NCBI GenBank assembly: GCA_964636255.1
Contig: CAZWNW010000015.1
Span: forward strand, 760-64,759
Source: an uncultured Bacteriovoracaceae bacterium
GTDB lineage: Bacteria; Bdellovibrionota; UBA2428
Direction: 5' to 3'
Length of the DNA stretch: 64,000 nucleotides
Part shown: piece after piece, positions 37,800 to 47,864 of the stretch
Layout of the letters: the number at the start of each line of letters is the position of its first letter
Numbering within the stretch: position 1 is the stretch's first letter
Program-made: the position numbers and the translations under genes
The notes under the pieces: generated by a model
What the model saw: only the letters and a program-made list of their open reading frames with translations
What the model was told of the DNA's origin: nothing
The model's database searches: none

Positions 37800-40538
37800 A
37801 TGGAAGGTTTCTGTAGTTTTAAATGCGTTCGCTCGGTCCAGCTTTTTCTAGGCATTATGCTCTTGGCGGCTTGTAAGCCGATCCTGCAGACGAAATCGAT
37901 CCGAACAGAAATCTCTGAACCGCCAACAGCTAGCCTCCATGTTGTCGATGACTCACTAAGCGAGGGTCCCTTGGTGGATGCGGGGCTCTTACGACTCAGT
38001 CGAAGTGGAAATCTCGATCAAAGCCTCAAGGTCAATATGACTTACTTGGGAACGGCAGTGGCGAATAGTGATTACAAGTCCCTCTCGTCGTCGATCGAAA
38101 TACCGGCAGGTCTCTCGTCGGTGGAAATTGTCATCGAGCCTATCAGTGATGGGAACTACAAGGGCGACCGTAGCCTGGAAGTGAGCATCTCATCCGGAGA
38201 AGATTATCTCTTGGGTGACTCAATTTCGGCGCTACTGATTATTTCAGACTCCGATGCAGAAGGCGGGGGCGGTGACAATTTCGAGCCGGGGACCATCACG
38301 GACTTTCGGGTTCAGGCTGATGGCTGGTTTGCTGAAATTGATATCGCCGGATTCAGCGTCGGCGGCACGGCCGACTATGGATTCCAAGACGACAATGATC
38401 CGGACACGGTCGACAATGATGTCACTAATGCAAAAATGGTCCTGAACGTTAGCTCCGAAGGTTTTAATGCGGCGGGTGTACTAGGGACCGTCAGTCGAAA
38501 TGTTTTTGGTGTGAAAACAATCCGGAAGCCCTTCCCTGAAAATACGATGCAAGATCGGAGTGTTTTGGACGAGCGAGTTCAGAATGGCAAATTAACAGTC
38601 AAAGTTGCTTTGAGTGATTTCATATATCGCGACGATCGAGACGGAGGCGTTGGAACTTCGGGTCAGAATCTAAGATTGAGTCTTCCAGCGGGATGGTACA
38701 CGGACGATGGACCCGGAGGCAGTGGTCTGCAAAGTCGCGCGCTCTCAAATGCGGTGGTGAAAAATTTTTCGACTCTTCAATATCCTAAAGTCATTGGCCG
38801 ATGGGCTTGGCCGGCCTGGGAACGGAGCGCGAATAATTATCAGGTGGAGCTGCTTCCGATTCATCGTTTCGCCCGGAATGCTCGACCTGTGGTCGCGGTC
38901 ATCATCAGCGCAAATGATCAAAGCGGCAATAATCTTTCGCTGACTGTAAACGAAATGAATAAGTCGGCCCGCAGTGGAGACGCAAATGTCGTCCAGGTCT
39001 ATGCAGCAAGTATTCCGATGGCTGAATTTGACCAAGGCGAAGTTGTCGATATTAACTTCCGAGCCTATCCGTGGATCGGCGATGAAAGTTCTGTATTGGA
39101 TTCGCGCACAAATAAGGATGGTTTTTTACAACCTGACGAAAGGTTGGGACCCCTGCACGTTTTAAATGATCGAAGTGGTAGTTATGGCGCGGGTTATGCG
39201 CGCGTCTCAATGACGGGTGTCGATGCAAGTGGAATCGTGGCTGCTTCGGAGGCTGCTGCCGCAACTGCAAACGCTTTTCGGACGATTGGCGCGGCAGCAG
39301 TGGCAATCAAAGCTTTTCATCAAACTCAATTCAATCGAGACAGTGCCGCCGGCGGCGTGATTTTGCTGGAAGCTGGCGATCACGCATATCCGGGCAGCAT
39401 ACCTGCTGCCAGTCTTGGAATCACGATGGACAGCTGGCTAATCATCCGCCCAGCGGCGGGCGCCACACGTGAGCAAGCCAGGATTGTGTCGGCGACCGAG
39501 TCACTCAAAGCAAGTCGCGTGAAAATCGAAGGTCTCAATCTCGTGCTCAGCAGTGGGAGTATTCGTGGAAACCCAAGCACTGATGTTTTATGGTTGCATA
39601 ACAATTTGATCAATCCCGAAACGGAGCTTCCTTTTCTCTCGTGGAAAGTTGCCTACGCTACTCAAAACAGAATTTCTTCTGCCTTGGAAGATTTGGCCGC
39701 AAATTTCGGTGGCATCCGGGGTCCTTTTGCGTTGGTACGAGGTAACGATGCTGAAGCGTCGGTTGATACCCATTTTTATGCAGTTCTGGGAAATAAAAAC
39801 GTCAACGGACGACTCTTTGTTGAAAACGTCGTCAATTCTGCGAACCACCATCCTAGCCACAATTCGATCATGGCATTCAATACGAATTACGCTTTGCTCC
39901 ATACAACTTCGGTCGCAGAGAGCTCTGAAATGAGTGGAGTTGCCGTCATTCAAAATATTTTCGAACGCATAGGACCAAGTCCCTCGGGAGTTATGCAGGT
40001 CGCAGGCTCTGGAGGCAAGGGAGCCGCGTCGACTAACTTGATATTCTGGCACAACACTTTCGTGGGCGAACGCATCCAGTGGGGATATAGCTACAACGGG
40101 AATGTGGATGCCCCACTTAAAAAGCTCAATTGGGGTAGTAAGTTCAATATTTTCACAAAACAGGGAATCAAAACAGATACCTTCACAGATGCCGAAGGAC
40201 TTGTTGAAAACCACCTGGCCAACTGGGCGTTGGTTTACAACGTCGGCAGTGTAGGGAACAAATGTCTCAACAAAATATTCGATGGAGACTTTCACGGTCT
40301 TTATTCTCAATGGGGACCGGCTACAGGCTTCATAGAGCCTGGCTTTCTCAATGATCGCTCGAAAGACACGGGAACAGGTGAAGGTCAGGGTGATTATCGA
40401 TTGCAGGAAAGCTCGATGGCCATAAACCCCGTTAGCGCTCCCAATGCGGACGAATATCGAGTTTTGCCGTTTGATATTTTTGGGACTCCGCGCACCGGAT
40501 CGCCAGACTCTGGCGCTACGGAGTATGAATCTCCATAG
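37800..40538 (+). CDS. large (912 aa) lipoprotein with Calx-beta-like domain and beta-helix-like repeats
   Basis: LLAACK is a lipobox. LRLSRSGNLDQSLKVNMTYLGTAVANSDYKSLSSSIEIPAGLSSVEIVIEPISDGNYKGDRSLEV fits the Calx-beta pattern. The rest is Gly/Asn/Ser-rich. The antisense ORF 39588..40577 is judged spurious. Confidence 0.5.
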   Translation: MEGFCSFKCVRSVQLFLGIMLLAACKPILQTKSIRTEISEPPTASLHVVDDSLSEGPLVDAGLLRLSRSGNLDQSLKVNMTYLGTAVANSDYKSLSSSIEIPAGLSSVEIVIEPISDGNYKGDRSLEVSISSGEDYLLGDSISALLIISDSDAEGGGGDNFEPGTITDFRVQADGWFAEIDIAGFSVGGTADYGFQDDNDPDTVDNDVTNAKMVLNVSSEGFNAAGVLGTVSRNVFGVKTIRKPFPENTMQDRSVLDERVQNGKLTVKVALSDFIYRDDRDGGVGTSGQNLRLSLPAGWYTDDGPGGSGLQSRALSNAVVKNFSTLQYPKVIGRWAWPAWERSANNYQVELLPIHRFARNARPVVAVIISANDQSGNNLSLTVNEMNKSARSGDANVVQVYAASIPMAEFDQGEVVDINFRAYPWIGDESSVLDSRTNKDGFLQPDERLGPLHVLNDRSGSYGAGYARVSMTGVDASGIVAASEAAAATANAFRTIGAAAVAIKAFHQTQFNRDSAAGGVILLEAGDHAYPGSIPAASLGITMDSWLIIRPAAGATREQARIVSATESLKASRVKIEGLNLVLSSGSIRGNPSTDVLWLHNNLINPETELPFLSWKVAYATQNRISSALEDLAANFGGIRGPFALVRGNDAEASVDTHFYAVLGNKNVNGRLFVENVVNSANHHPSHNSIMAFNTNYALLHTTSVAESSEMSGVAVIQNIFERIGPSPSGVMQVAGSGGKGAASTNLIFWHNTFVGERIQWGYSYNGNVDAPLKKLNWGSKFNIFTKQGIKTDTFTDAEGLVENHLANWALVYNVGSVGNKCLNKIFDGDFHGLYSQWGPATGFIEPGFLNDRSKDTGTGEGQGDYRLQESSMAINPVSAPNADEYRVLPFDIFGTPRTGSPDSGATEYESP

Positions 40539-40626
40539 ATTATTAGTAAATAAATACAGTTTTATCTTTCGAATCAAATTCCTTCTTTTCTGGCAGAGGC
40601 TAAGAGGAATTTGCTAAGCTTCAGAT

Positions 40627-41184
40627 GTGGCAGATCTGGAAGCGGAAACATTTCTTTCGGTGCTGAACGGTGAAGAATGGGTCTTTTATGTCGCTCACTT
40701 AAGTGGGGGTAAGTGGCAGTTTTTTTCCAAGGACAAAGTGTTTTCGCGCGAGGGGATCGTGGTTGTTTCGCGTGATCAGCTGCTACAACTCGATTTACGC
40801 CTTCAGGAAATTGAAGATTTACCTGCCGGATGGCACACATGGCGCGACGATCCGGAGTCGGAATGGCGAAGAGCCAAAAGACCGGAGGGTCCAACATTTT
40901 TTTTCCGTTTCCGTCTGGCTGAGAAGCAAAGCTTAGAAGTATCCACCGCGGATCTTTGGATCATAGCCTCAGACTTGTCCGAGGCCCGCCAGCGTGGGCT
41001 CCAAATTTTCAAGAACATGGGTATTGTGGTCACCGATGAAATCGAAGCCCATGAAGTTCAAGCGATTGATTACGAAGAGGACGAAAAAGGATTAGATTTT
41101 TATCGCAAGGTTCAATTTGACGGCTATTTGTTCTTGGCCGGGAAAAAAACATCATCGGGATCGAAAGAAGCGATTTCCCACTAG
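40627..41184 (+). CDS. hypothetical protein
   Basis: 185-aa ORF with GTG start. No family recognised. Confidence 0.3.
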   Translation: MADLEAETFLSVLNGEEWVFYVAHLSGGKWQFFSKDKVFSREGIVVVSRDQLLQLDLRLQEIEDLPAGWHTWRDDPESEWRRAKRPEGPTFFFRFRLAEKQSLEVSTADLWIIASDLSEARQRGLQIFKNMGIVVTDEIEAHEVQAIDYEEDEKGLDFYRKVQFDGYLFLAGKKTSSGSKEAISH

Positions 41185-41358
41185 AAGTTTTTTCGTGATC
41201 AAGAATGCCCAGAGAAAGCCGACTAAAACCCAGGTCCAGACCCATGGGGGAGCGATCTGGGTGGGGCTCGAATTCAAAAGCAATCGTCGATAAATGATTT
41301 CTGCGGCCAGCCCAAAAATGAGCAGTGCGTAGGCACCGCGAATGACTGAAATGATCAT
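41152..41358 (-). CDS. small two-TM membrane protein
   Basis: 68 aa with two hydrophobic helices. ATGA overlap with the upstream gene. Last gene of the LolA-MMPL operon. Confidence 0.35.
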   Translation of the reverse strand: MIISVIRGAYALLIFGLAAEIIYRRLLLNSSPTQIAPPWVWTWVLVGFLWAFLITKKLLVGNRFFRSR

Positions 41359-41912
41359 GGTTTCTCGGTCTCCTGAACTTTAAGAATTTCGATCTTTGCC
41401 TCGAATTTCTTGTGCAGAATTTTGAGATATTTCCCCACAGTCGAGGACTCATTTCTAAAACCTTCGGGAACTTCGAGACGCAGACTTCCCAGCCGCGACG
41501 AAATATTTGCCCCTTGAATCTGCTTTTCCTTTTCGGATTGAAGATCAGAGACTTTTAGGTCAAAACTTTGCTCCAAACTTTCGAACAATATATGGCTCAG
41601 ATGGCGCATCTGCCGGGGCGCGGATTCCGGAAATTGAGAGCTGACGCTCCCGGATCTTTCATTTCTTTTGAGGCTAAAAAGCGTGTTTCCCAAAGGCGAG
41701 AGCACAAGAAGCGAGCGTTCAAAGTTAGGCTTGTCTTCAACTTTGAAAATGCCCCAAAAAGAGTTGCTGCTTCCTGACTTCGTCCTGAGATCTCGTAGAG
41801 TCAGGCGATGTTCGTAAATTCCGCGCGCAAAGACAAGATTTTCATCCCTAGGCTTTGCGTTGTGAGCACAGCTTTGGAAGATCCAGAAGAAAATCAAGAT
41901 TAAAGTCTTCAT
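41355..41912 (-). CDS. lipoprotein, possibly LolB-like
   Basis: Internal start MKTLILIFFWIFQSC (lipobox) overlaps the upstream stop as ATGA. Weak LolB-like character. Track ORF extends to 42002. Confidence 0.35.
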   Translation of the reverse strand: MKTLILIFFWIFQSCAHNAKPRDENLVFARGIYEHRLTLRDLRTKSGSSNSFWGIFKVEDKPNFERSLLVLSPLGNTLFSLKRNERSGSVSSQFPESAPRQMRHLSHILFESLEQSFDLKVSDLQSEKEKQIQGANISSRLGSLRLEVPEGFRNESSTVGKYLKILHKKFEAKIEILKVQETEKP

Positions 41913-43537
41913 GGCAGATTTTTCCGTAGGCGATCTATTTCGCTTTTCGCAGTTTTTGCTTCGCGCGCATAGGCTGGAGGGCTCTGCAATGCCGACTCCC
42001 AAGCCCTAAGTGCCGCGCGAAGATCTTGGCTACAATTCTCGGCAACACGTCCCCGAAGAGCATGATAGGCATAACTATCGCGAAGGATTTCAAGTTTTTG
42101 TATTTCGGATTCTAGGTAGGCGCAGTCACTGCTACGGTTCAGAATTTGAATTCTCTTCTCCTCATCTTTGAGAAGCTGATAAGCCTTGGCATCGATTTTA
42201 TTATCTGCTGGAAGATTGCGCCCAAGCACGGGACGACGTTCCCGAAAAGAGCGCTCCAAATCATAACCCTCAAAGGCTCCGACCAGCGAAGGGCCCCGAC
42301 TGACATAAATTTGGAAATTTTCGCTGTCGTAGACCACTGCGTGTGTAGCAATCAGAGCATCGATTGCCTGGCGATTTCCTATTGGCAGGGACTTTCGTTC
42401 CGTACCGTGGCGGTCTCTGAGTATCGATAAAATTTGAAGTGTTTTTTCATGTGTTCCGGCCTTATCAGAGATTGCGTTTAGGAGTTCCTTTGCGCGTCCC
42501 TCGCGGTGAAGTGTTGTTAGTTCGCGTTGGCGATAGAGATTAACGGAGTCCTGATTCCACCGCGAGGAATTCAGGTGATTGGTCACAACACTTGCGCGGT
42601 TGGAACTAAGGACTTCGGTATTGAGCGGCGATTTCTCGACCCTGTAAAAACTAACGGAATGCCGATCCACGACAGAAAAAATATCCGTAATCAAAGTTGG
42701 ATGTTTGGAGAGAATGGCGACCGCCTCTTCCGCGTTCGTCGAAAATTGCAGGGCCTCCAGAAGAAGAAGTGTCGAGGGCCATGCCTTGAATGTGAATTCC
42801 GAACTTCCGGCCGCATTGATCGCGATAAAAACACCGTGTTCGTTCACTCCGGTGACGGCTCCCACCATTCCACCCCAAATGACCGATAAAAATGCCGAAC
42901 CCTTGTCGGGGAAGACCCACTTGAGAATTTTCTCTTCGTCGAAAATGCGTCCTGCTTCAAAGTCGAAGTTGCGGCCGACAATCCAGCCTTTATTAGTCGG
43001 CAAAGCCAGAACCGTACATGCCATAGTGGGATAACCCTGATCGACCATCAATTGCCCGATCTCGTGAATTCCGTGAAGGCCAATCTGACGTAAAAATGGA
43101 TCACCTAAAGAATTGAAATCCGTCGAAGCACTTTCCGCGATACCGGCCATCTCCTCTAACTGATGGTGGGGTATAAGTCCCGGAACATCTGTAAAAAGAG
43201 TCAGCGCAACGGCCTCTAAAAAAAGTTGGAGGGCCCGAGTTGGAAAAATTTTGTCCAATTGATCGTGCAATTCTTTCTCTTTTTTATGTAGAAGTTCACG
43301 AGTGAGCCGGCCGGCCTCGCGCCCGCGCGGATAGGCGCTCCCCTCCATGACCAGGCTATGCAATTGGCGTCCCATTGATGGATCACGCGGAAACCATTCC
43401 GCAGTCCCGATTAAAGCAGGGTCTTTATAATTCTCTGCTGCGTAATAGTGCCGGTGAAAGGTGTGCAAGCACCATAAAACCAAAAGAAGAAAGGCCGAGA
43501 AAAGAATTTTCATGATGGCCATAACTTTAAGCTTCAT
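41909..43537 (-). CDS. Ntn-hydrolase-like protein (C45 / acyl-CoA:6-APA acyltransferase-like), membrane-anchored
   Basis: N-terminal TM segment. Candidate nucleophile context GYPTMACTVLALPT. Size and pattern are loosely Ntn/C45-like. Low certainty. Confidence 0.35.
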   Translation of the reverse strand: MKLKVMAIMKILFSAFLLLVLWCLHTFHRHYYAAENYKDPALIGTAEWFPRDPSMGRQLHSLVMEGSAYPRGREAGRLTRELLHKKEKELHDQLDKIFPTRALQLFLEAVALTLFTDVPGLIPHHQLEEMAGIAESASTDFNSLGDPFLRQIGLHGIHEIGQLMVDQGYPTMACTVLALPTNKGWIVGRNFDFEAGRIFDEEKILKWVFPDKGSAFLSVIWGGMVGAVTGVNEHGVFIAINAAGSSEFTFKAWPSTLLLLEALQFSTNAEEAVAILSKHPTLITDIFSVVDRHSVSFYRVEKSPLNTEVLSSNRASVVTNHLNSSRWNQDSVNLYRQRELTTLHREGRAKELLNAISDKAGTHEKTLQILSILRDRHGTERKSLPIGNRQAIDALIATHAVVYDSENFQIYVSRGPSLVGAFEGYDLERSFRERRPVLGRNLPADNKIDAKAYQLLKDEEKRIQILNRSSDCAYLESEIQKLEILRDSYAYHALRGRVAENCSQDLRAALRAWESALQSPPAYAREAKTAKSEIDRLRKNLP

Positions 43538-45716
43538 TTTGACCTCGAAGCCGGAAAAATTTCGATTTCAGTAATGCTGGAACCGCGGTTGTCGCGCTCA
43601 GATAAGTCGCCAGAGATCCAAAGAAAAGTGTGATTCCAAGATGTTTCAGAACCGGATGCTCGCAGAATATCAAAGGTAGGAATCCGCAGACTGTAGTTGC
43701 TGCATTCAACAAGAGTGTCGTCTCTAGGTCCTGATCCCGCACGGCAATATCCCGTACCGCGGAATCCGTTGCGAATATTCCATAGTCCAGACTGAGGCCG
43801 AAAAGTAAAACGGCAGCCATCAGACTCACGAAACTAAAGGCTTCTCCCAGAAGAAGATGCGCCAGCAACGCCGCGCCAAGACCCGAAAGAAAAGGAAGAA
43901 AGCTGGTGAGGATGGGAAGCAGTCGTCTGTAATGGAAAGCAAGTATCAAGAAGTTCAGTATAAATACAAGCGGCAGGAGTCGCGACAAATCCTGACTCAA
44001 GATTCGCGGAAAAACAGACACGACTTCCCGCAAACTTTGAAAAGCAGGCAAAGTATCTCGAACGATCGAAATCCCTTCTTGGGAATTTCCGCCAGGAAAA
44101 ACAATCAAACTGATTGCCTGATTCTTGGAAAGTAAAGTGCCTGTTAGAAGTGGTAATTCTTTGATCACTTCTTCCAAACTAAGAGAAGTATCTTGAAAAA
44201 ATACGGATGCGCATGCTGACTGCAAAAAGGGATCGAATAGATTTTTCAATTGCGGCGAGAGCCGAGGCAAGAGTTCCTGGCATCCCGCCTTCCAACTTTG
44301 CAAATTGCTTTGAAAGTCGCGCGCGTTGCCGATCAAGTCTCCCAAGGTTTGGGCCTCCGCTCCCACCGTGCCTGCGATACTGTGGATTTTTGAACTTTGA
44401 AGAAGGGCATCTTCCGCCGACTCATGAATCCAGTAAAACGGCATTTGATTCGGCAGATGCTTCCACAGTGAATTTTCAGCTTCTTTTTGATTCGAGCTTT
44501 TGAATTCGAACTGACCAAGCGAAAGATCGACACGGCTGAGCGGCAAAAGAAGCGTGCAAAGCGCAAAAATTATCGAGAGAGTCGCAAAGCCACGAAAGCG
44601 GGGAACGAGGCTAAAGGCTTTCATCTTGAATGCGGAAGCTGAAAAGTAAAAGAGAGAGCGATAAAGTAGGTAACTACAGATGAGACCCAGACTCGCGAAA
44701 ATCATCATTTCTGAAAGAAGGGGGATTTTGCTGGCAGAAAGGCACAGGAGGGCCGTAAGTGTCGTGAGTAGTCCGATGCGATTGCTGCGCCAGACCTTTT
44801 GTTGATTGCTTGAAAATGCGGCATGAATTCCATAGTCAAGCCCCAGGCCGATGAGTCCTCCTCCGAAAGATAGAGTCAGTGCATGAACGCTGCCTTGAAA
44901 TAAAATCAGCAGGCCGGCGGCCAAAACTACGGAAAAGAGCGGAATCAGCAAAAGTAGAAAATAAGCCCCGCGCCTCCGGCACCAGAGAAGCAAGGCCAAG
45001 ATGAAAAAGACAGGTAGCGAGAGATAACTAACAAGACTGAGATCAGATATCACCTGGGCTTGGTTGCTTCTGGCGGCATTGTGCGGACCGATGAGAGCCA
45101 CCTGAAGTTGCAAAGACTCGGCTTCACGCTCCCAACTTGAAATGAGCTCGTGGAACCTCGACGCGTCGCTTGCGTTCTGGGAGAAGAGAATGGGTATCAA
45201 AAGATCACGGCTGCCGGGTAAAAGCGTCATGCCACCTTCACTGTCGAATCTGTCTTGAATACGTCGGGCGAAGTTTTCCCAGGATCGTAGTGGATCATGG
45301 CGCATGATCTCAAACTCCGAAGATCGGCTATCAAGAAAGGCCATGGCTAAATTCGCGCGCAGCTTCGCGGACAGCTTCTCGACGCCGGGGAAGTTTTCAC
45401 GAAGGGGAAGGGCTTTGACCCACTCTTTCACCAGTGGCAAATAGTCCGAAGCTTCCTGCAGGCACTCGATACGCTGGACATGGGGGCTGGGCGCGGCCCG
45501 CATGCGTCGGCAAAGTTCTTGGCTTTTCTCGCTGATCCCGTCTTGAGCTCCGTTTTTGATCCACAACGTGTTCCACCAGAAGGCCGGATAGGCGGTGGGA
45601 GCTAGGACTTCTTGGCGCAATTTATCTGGTAAAAAGCGGGAGACATCGCTTTCAATCCAGGCCGCCGCTGCTTTTTCGCTCAGAAAAAAACTCAGCAATA
45701 GAAAAAAAAGTTTCAT
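43527..45716 (-). CDS. MMPL/RND-superfamily exporter
   Basis: 729 aa with two blocks of ~6 TM helices each preceded by large soluble loops. Internal duplication pattern of MMPL transporters. Overlaps flanking genes (operon). Confidence 0.65.
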   Translation of the reverse strand: MKLFFLLLSFFLSEKAAAAWIESDVSRFLPDKLRQEVLAPTAYPAFWWNTLWIKNGAQDGISEKSQELCRRMRAAPSPHVQRIECLQEASDYLPLVKEWVKALPLRENFPGVEKLSAKLRANLAMAFLDSRSSEFEIMRHDPLRSWENFARRIQDRFDSEGGMTLLPGSRDLLIPILFSQNASDASRFHELISSWEREAESLQLQVALIGPHNAARSNQAQVISDLSLVSYLSLPVFFILALLLWCRRRGAYFLLLLIPLFSVVLAAGLLILFQGSVHALTLSFGGGLIGLGLDYGIHAAFSSNQQKVWRSNRIGLLTTLTALLCLSASKIPLLSEMMIFASLGLICSYLLYRSLFYFSASAFKMKAFSLVPRFRGFATLSIIFALCTLLLPLSRVDLSLGQFEFKSSNQKEAENSLWKHLPNQMPFYWIHESAEDALLQSSKIHSIAGTVGAEAQTLGDLIGNARDFQSNLQSWKAGCQELLPRLSPQLKNLFDPFLQSACASVFFQDTSLSLEEVIKELPLLTGTLLSKNQAISLIVFPGGNSQEGISIVRDTLPAFQSLREVVSVFPRILSQDLSRLLPLVFILNFLILAFHYRRLLPILTSFLPFLSGLGAALLAHLLLGEAFSFVSLMAAVLLFGLSLDYGIFATDSAVRDIAVRDQDLETTLLLNAATTVCGFLPLIFCEHPVLKHLGITLFFGSLATYLSATTAVPALLKSKFFRLRGQNEA

Positions 45717-46354
45717 GGGTGACTAGCATCCGGCTTTTTCAAAATAGTTTTTGAAAAAGAAAGACGCATTTGGTCTCCGCTCACTTCGTGAATGACCACT
45801 TCTTTGATCCAGGCGTTTCGGTCCCAATGGATCTCCAAGCTCGTAAATGGCAGAGAAGAATCTGTCTGCGGCTCAAGCGTTACAAAATTCTTTCCGCCCG
45901 ATTTAATGCGAAAATTTCGCAAACTCTCGTCAGCCTGCATAAGAAAGAGGTTTCGCAAGTGTTGGATGGCAAAAGTCGAGGTTAGTTTCTCGGGAAGTTT
46001 CTTCAAATTCAATACGCGTTCCGTTCCGCCATCTTCGGACATGCGGATTTTATCGGCCTCCAGTTGCCATCGGCTCCGGGCGGGTTTTAGCGTCTCCCAA
46101 ATTAGAATTCCTCGATCTCGATCAATAGTGACATTGCCTTCAGATTCTATGCTGATTTTAAAAGCCTTGATCTCCTTTTGCATGCGGAACTGCGAGTCTA
46201 TTCGTGCCACTTTTGAGTGGGATTCCACCCATTTGCGAAAGGAATCTTCAAATTTTGAGGGGCCCCCGGATGGTGGGATTTCAGCCTTGAGGGGTGCATT
46301 CAGAAGGCTGATAAAGAGGCAGAGAAGCAGAAAGAGGCGTTGCTGATTGATCAC
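45713..46354 (-). CDS. LolA-like periplasmic lipoprotein-carrier family protein
   Basis: Signal peptide MINQQRLFLLLCLFISLLNAPLKA. ~190-aa mature size. 4-nt overlap with the MMPL gene. Assignment largely by context. Confidence 0.5.
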   Translation of the reverse strand: MINQQRLFLLLCLFISLLNAPLKAEIPPSGGPSKFEDSFRKWVESHSKVARIDSQFRMQKEIKAFKISIESEGNVTIDRDRGILIWETLKPARSRWQLEADKIRMSEDGGTERVLNLKKLPEKLTSTFAIQHLRNLFLMQADESLRNFRIKSGGKNFVTLEPQTDSSLPFTSLEIHWDRNAWIKEVVIHEVSGDQMRLSFSKTILKKPDASHP

Positions 46355-46379
46355 GCCGATAGTAAATTATTTTTTTACA

Positions 46380-46670
46380 ATGAATCAAGGCGCGACCCTA
46401 AAAAAAGCTGAAGGGGATCTCTTTCAGGAAATCGTTGAAACTCTCTTGTCGTCGCTTAACTTGAAGCATATTGATCGCTCCCGCTTGGGTCCTGAGACCC
46501 TTTTAGGAAAGGGCGGAATGGATCTAGACTCCATTGAGATGCTCGAAATTGTCATCGCTTTTGAACAAAAATACGGCCTTAAGGTCAGTGGACCCGAAGA
46601 AGGTCGAGAAAAATTCCACACCTTGGGCAGTCTTCAGCACTTCATTGAAAGCGCCAGGGATCAGGCCTGA
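46380..46670 (+). CDS. acyl carrier protein
   Basis: GMDLDSIEMLEIVIAFEQ has the DSI phosphopantetheine site. Track ORF from 46347 would overlap divergent LolA, so the internal Met (MNQGATLKK) is preferred. Confidence 0.65.
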   Translation: MNQGATLKKAEGDLFQEIVETLLSSLNLKHIDRSRLGPETLLGKGGMDLDSIEMLEIVIAFEQKYGLKVSGPEEGREKFHTLGSLQHFIESARDQA

Positions 46671-46691
46671 AGCGAAGTTTTTTCGCCGATT

Positions 46692-47864
46692 ATGGGAAAG
46701 AATCCTAAATTCAGGGTCGTCGTCAGCGGTACCGGTACCCTAAGTCCCTTTGGTGAGGGAAGCGATCAACTTCTCCGGGCGGCACTAGCGGAAACTACAG
46801 CGGTTCGAGATGGCCTGGGTAGAATTCCCGAGGAAGTACTAGCGCGTCATCACAATTCTAAGAATGAGGGCATGGAGCTGGCTCTTTGTAGGCCCGCACT
46901 TGAGGAAGCATTGCGTGATGCCTCTTGGGGTAGCTTGGGACCTCGCGATGGCTTCATTTTGGCAACGACAGTTGGCCAACCCAGTCTTTGGCAACGACAG
47001 TTGATGGATTGTTTGAAAAAGGGAGAAGCGGTCAAAGCAGATGAACTAGCCGCAGTTTTGCGCAAACAACCTCTGGGTACATTGCTCGAGGATCTCTGCG
47101 AAATCATGGATTTTCAGGGGCCGCGCCTCTTGGTCACTTCGGCTTGTGCGGCCGGAACCCAGGCCTTGGCATTGGCCGCCCTTTGGATCGAGGAAGGCCG
47201 CGTGGATCGTTGCCTTGTCGGCGGCATCGAATTTTTGTGTGATCTTACGGTCGAAGGATTTCGTAGCCTCCAGCTTTTAAGCCCCGAAGCCTGTCGCCCC
47301 TTTGATCTCAATCGTTCGGGTATCAATCTCTCGGAAACCGCGAGTTTTATTTGTTTGGAATCTGCGAAAAATGTTCCGCAGTCTCGCCATCAAGCCTATG
47401 TGCTGGGCTGCGGTTTTTCGACTGACGCCTATCACTCCGCATCGCCGGAACCTTCGGGTAGTGGCATTGAACGTTCGATGAGAATGGCGATGGAAATGGC
47501 CGATCTCTCCCCCTTGGATATCGATTGGATACATGCTCACGGCACGGCTTCGATCGCGAACGATCTCAGCGAGGGGAACGCAGTGAGCCGAATTTTTTCC
47601 GCAGATCCCGAACACTCGCCGATCTCGTCGACGAAGTGGCTTCATGGCCACGCGCTGGGAGCTTCGGGAGTTTTGGAATCGATCTTATGTGTGCACGCTC
47701 TTCGCGAAGGCTGGCGTTTGAGGAGTTTTGGTCTCAGCGAGAAAGATCCCGCAATTTCCTATCCAATTCTTCGAAAAAATGAGCGCACGCGTCCAAGGTT
47801 TCTTTTGAAAAATACCCTGGGTTTTGGCGGCAATAATGCAAGTCTTGTCCTGGGTGCGCCATGA
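46692..47864 (+). CDS. beta-ketoacyl-ACP synthase
   Basis: LLVTSACAAGTQALAL has the catalytic Cys. HAHGTASIANDL, WLHGHALGASG and NTLGFGGNNASLVLG complete the KS motifs. Confidence 0.8.
   Translation: MGKNPKFRVVVSGTGTLSPFGEGSDQLLRAALAETTAVRDGLGRIPEEVLARHHNSKNEGMELALCRPALEEALRDASWGSLGPRDGFILATTVGQPSLWQRQLMDCLKKGEAVKADELAAVLRKQPLGTLLEDLCEIMDFQGPRLLVTSACAAGTQALALAALWIEEGRVDRCLVGGIEFLCDLTVEGFRSLQLLSPEACRPFDLNRSGINLSETASFICLESAKNVPQSRHQAYVLGCGFSTDAYHSASPEPSGSGIERSMRMAMEMADLSPLDIDWIHAHGTASIANDLSEGNAVSRIFSADPEHSPISSTKWLHGHALGASGVLESILCVHALREGWRLRSFGLSEKDPAISYPILRKNERTRPRFLLKNTLGFGGNNASLVLGAP

Noticed and set aside
39588-40577. 329-aa antisense ORF inside the 912-aa lipoprotein gene, and similar long antisense ORFs (35466..36014, 14986..15408, 2920..3333, 17705..18148, 22818..23315)
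   Set aside because: They lie opposite ORFs with clear family signatures or operon structure and have Arg/Ser/Pro-rich low-complexity translations typical of antisense frames.
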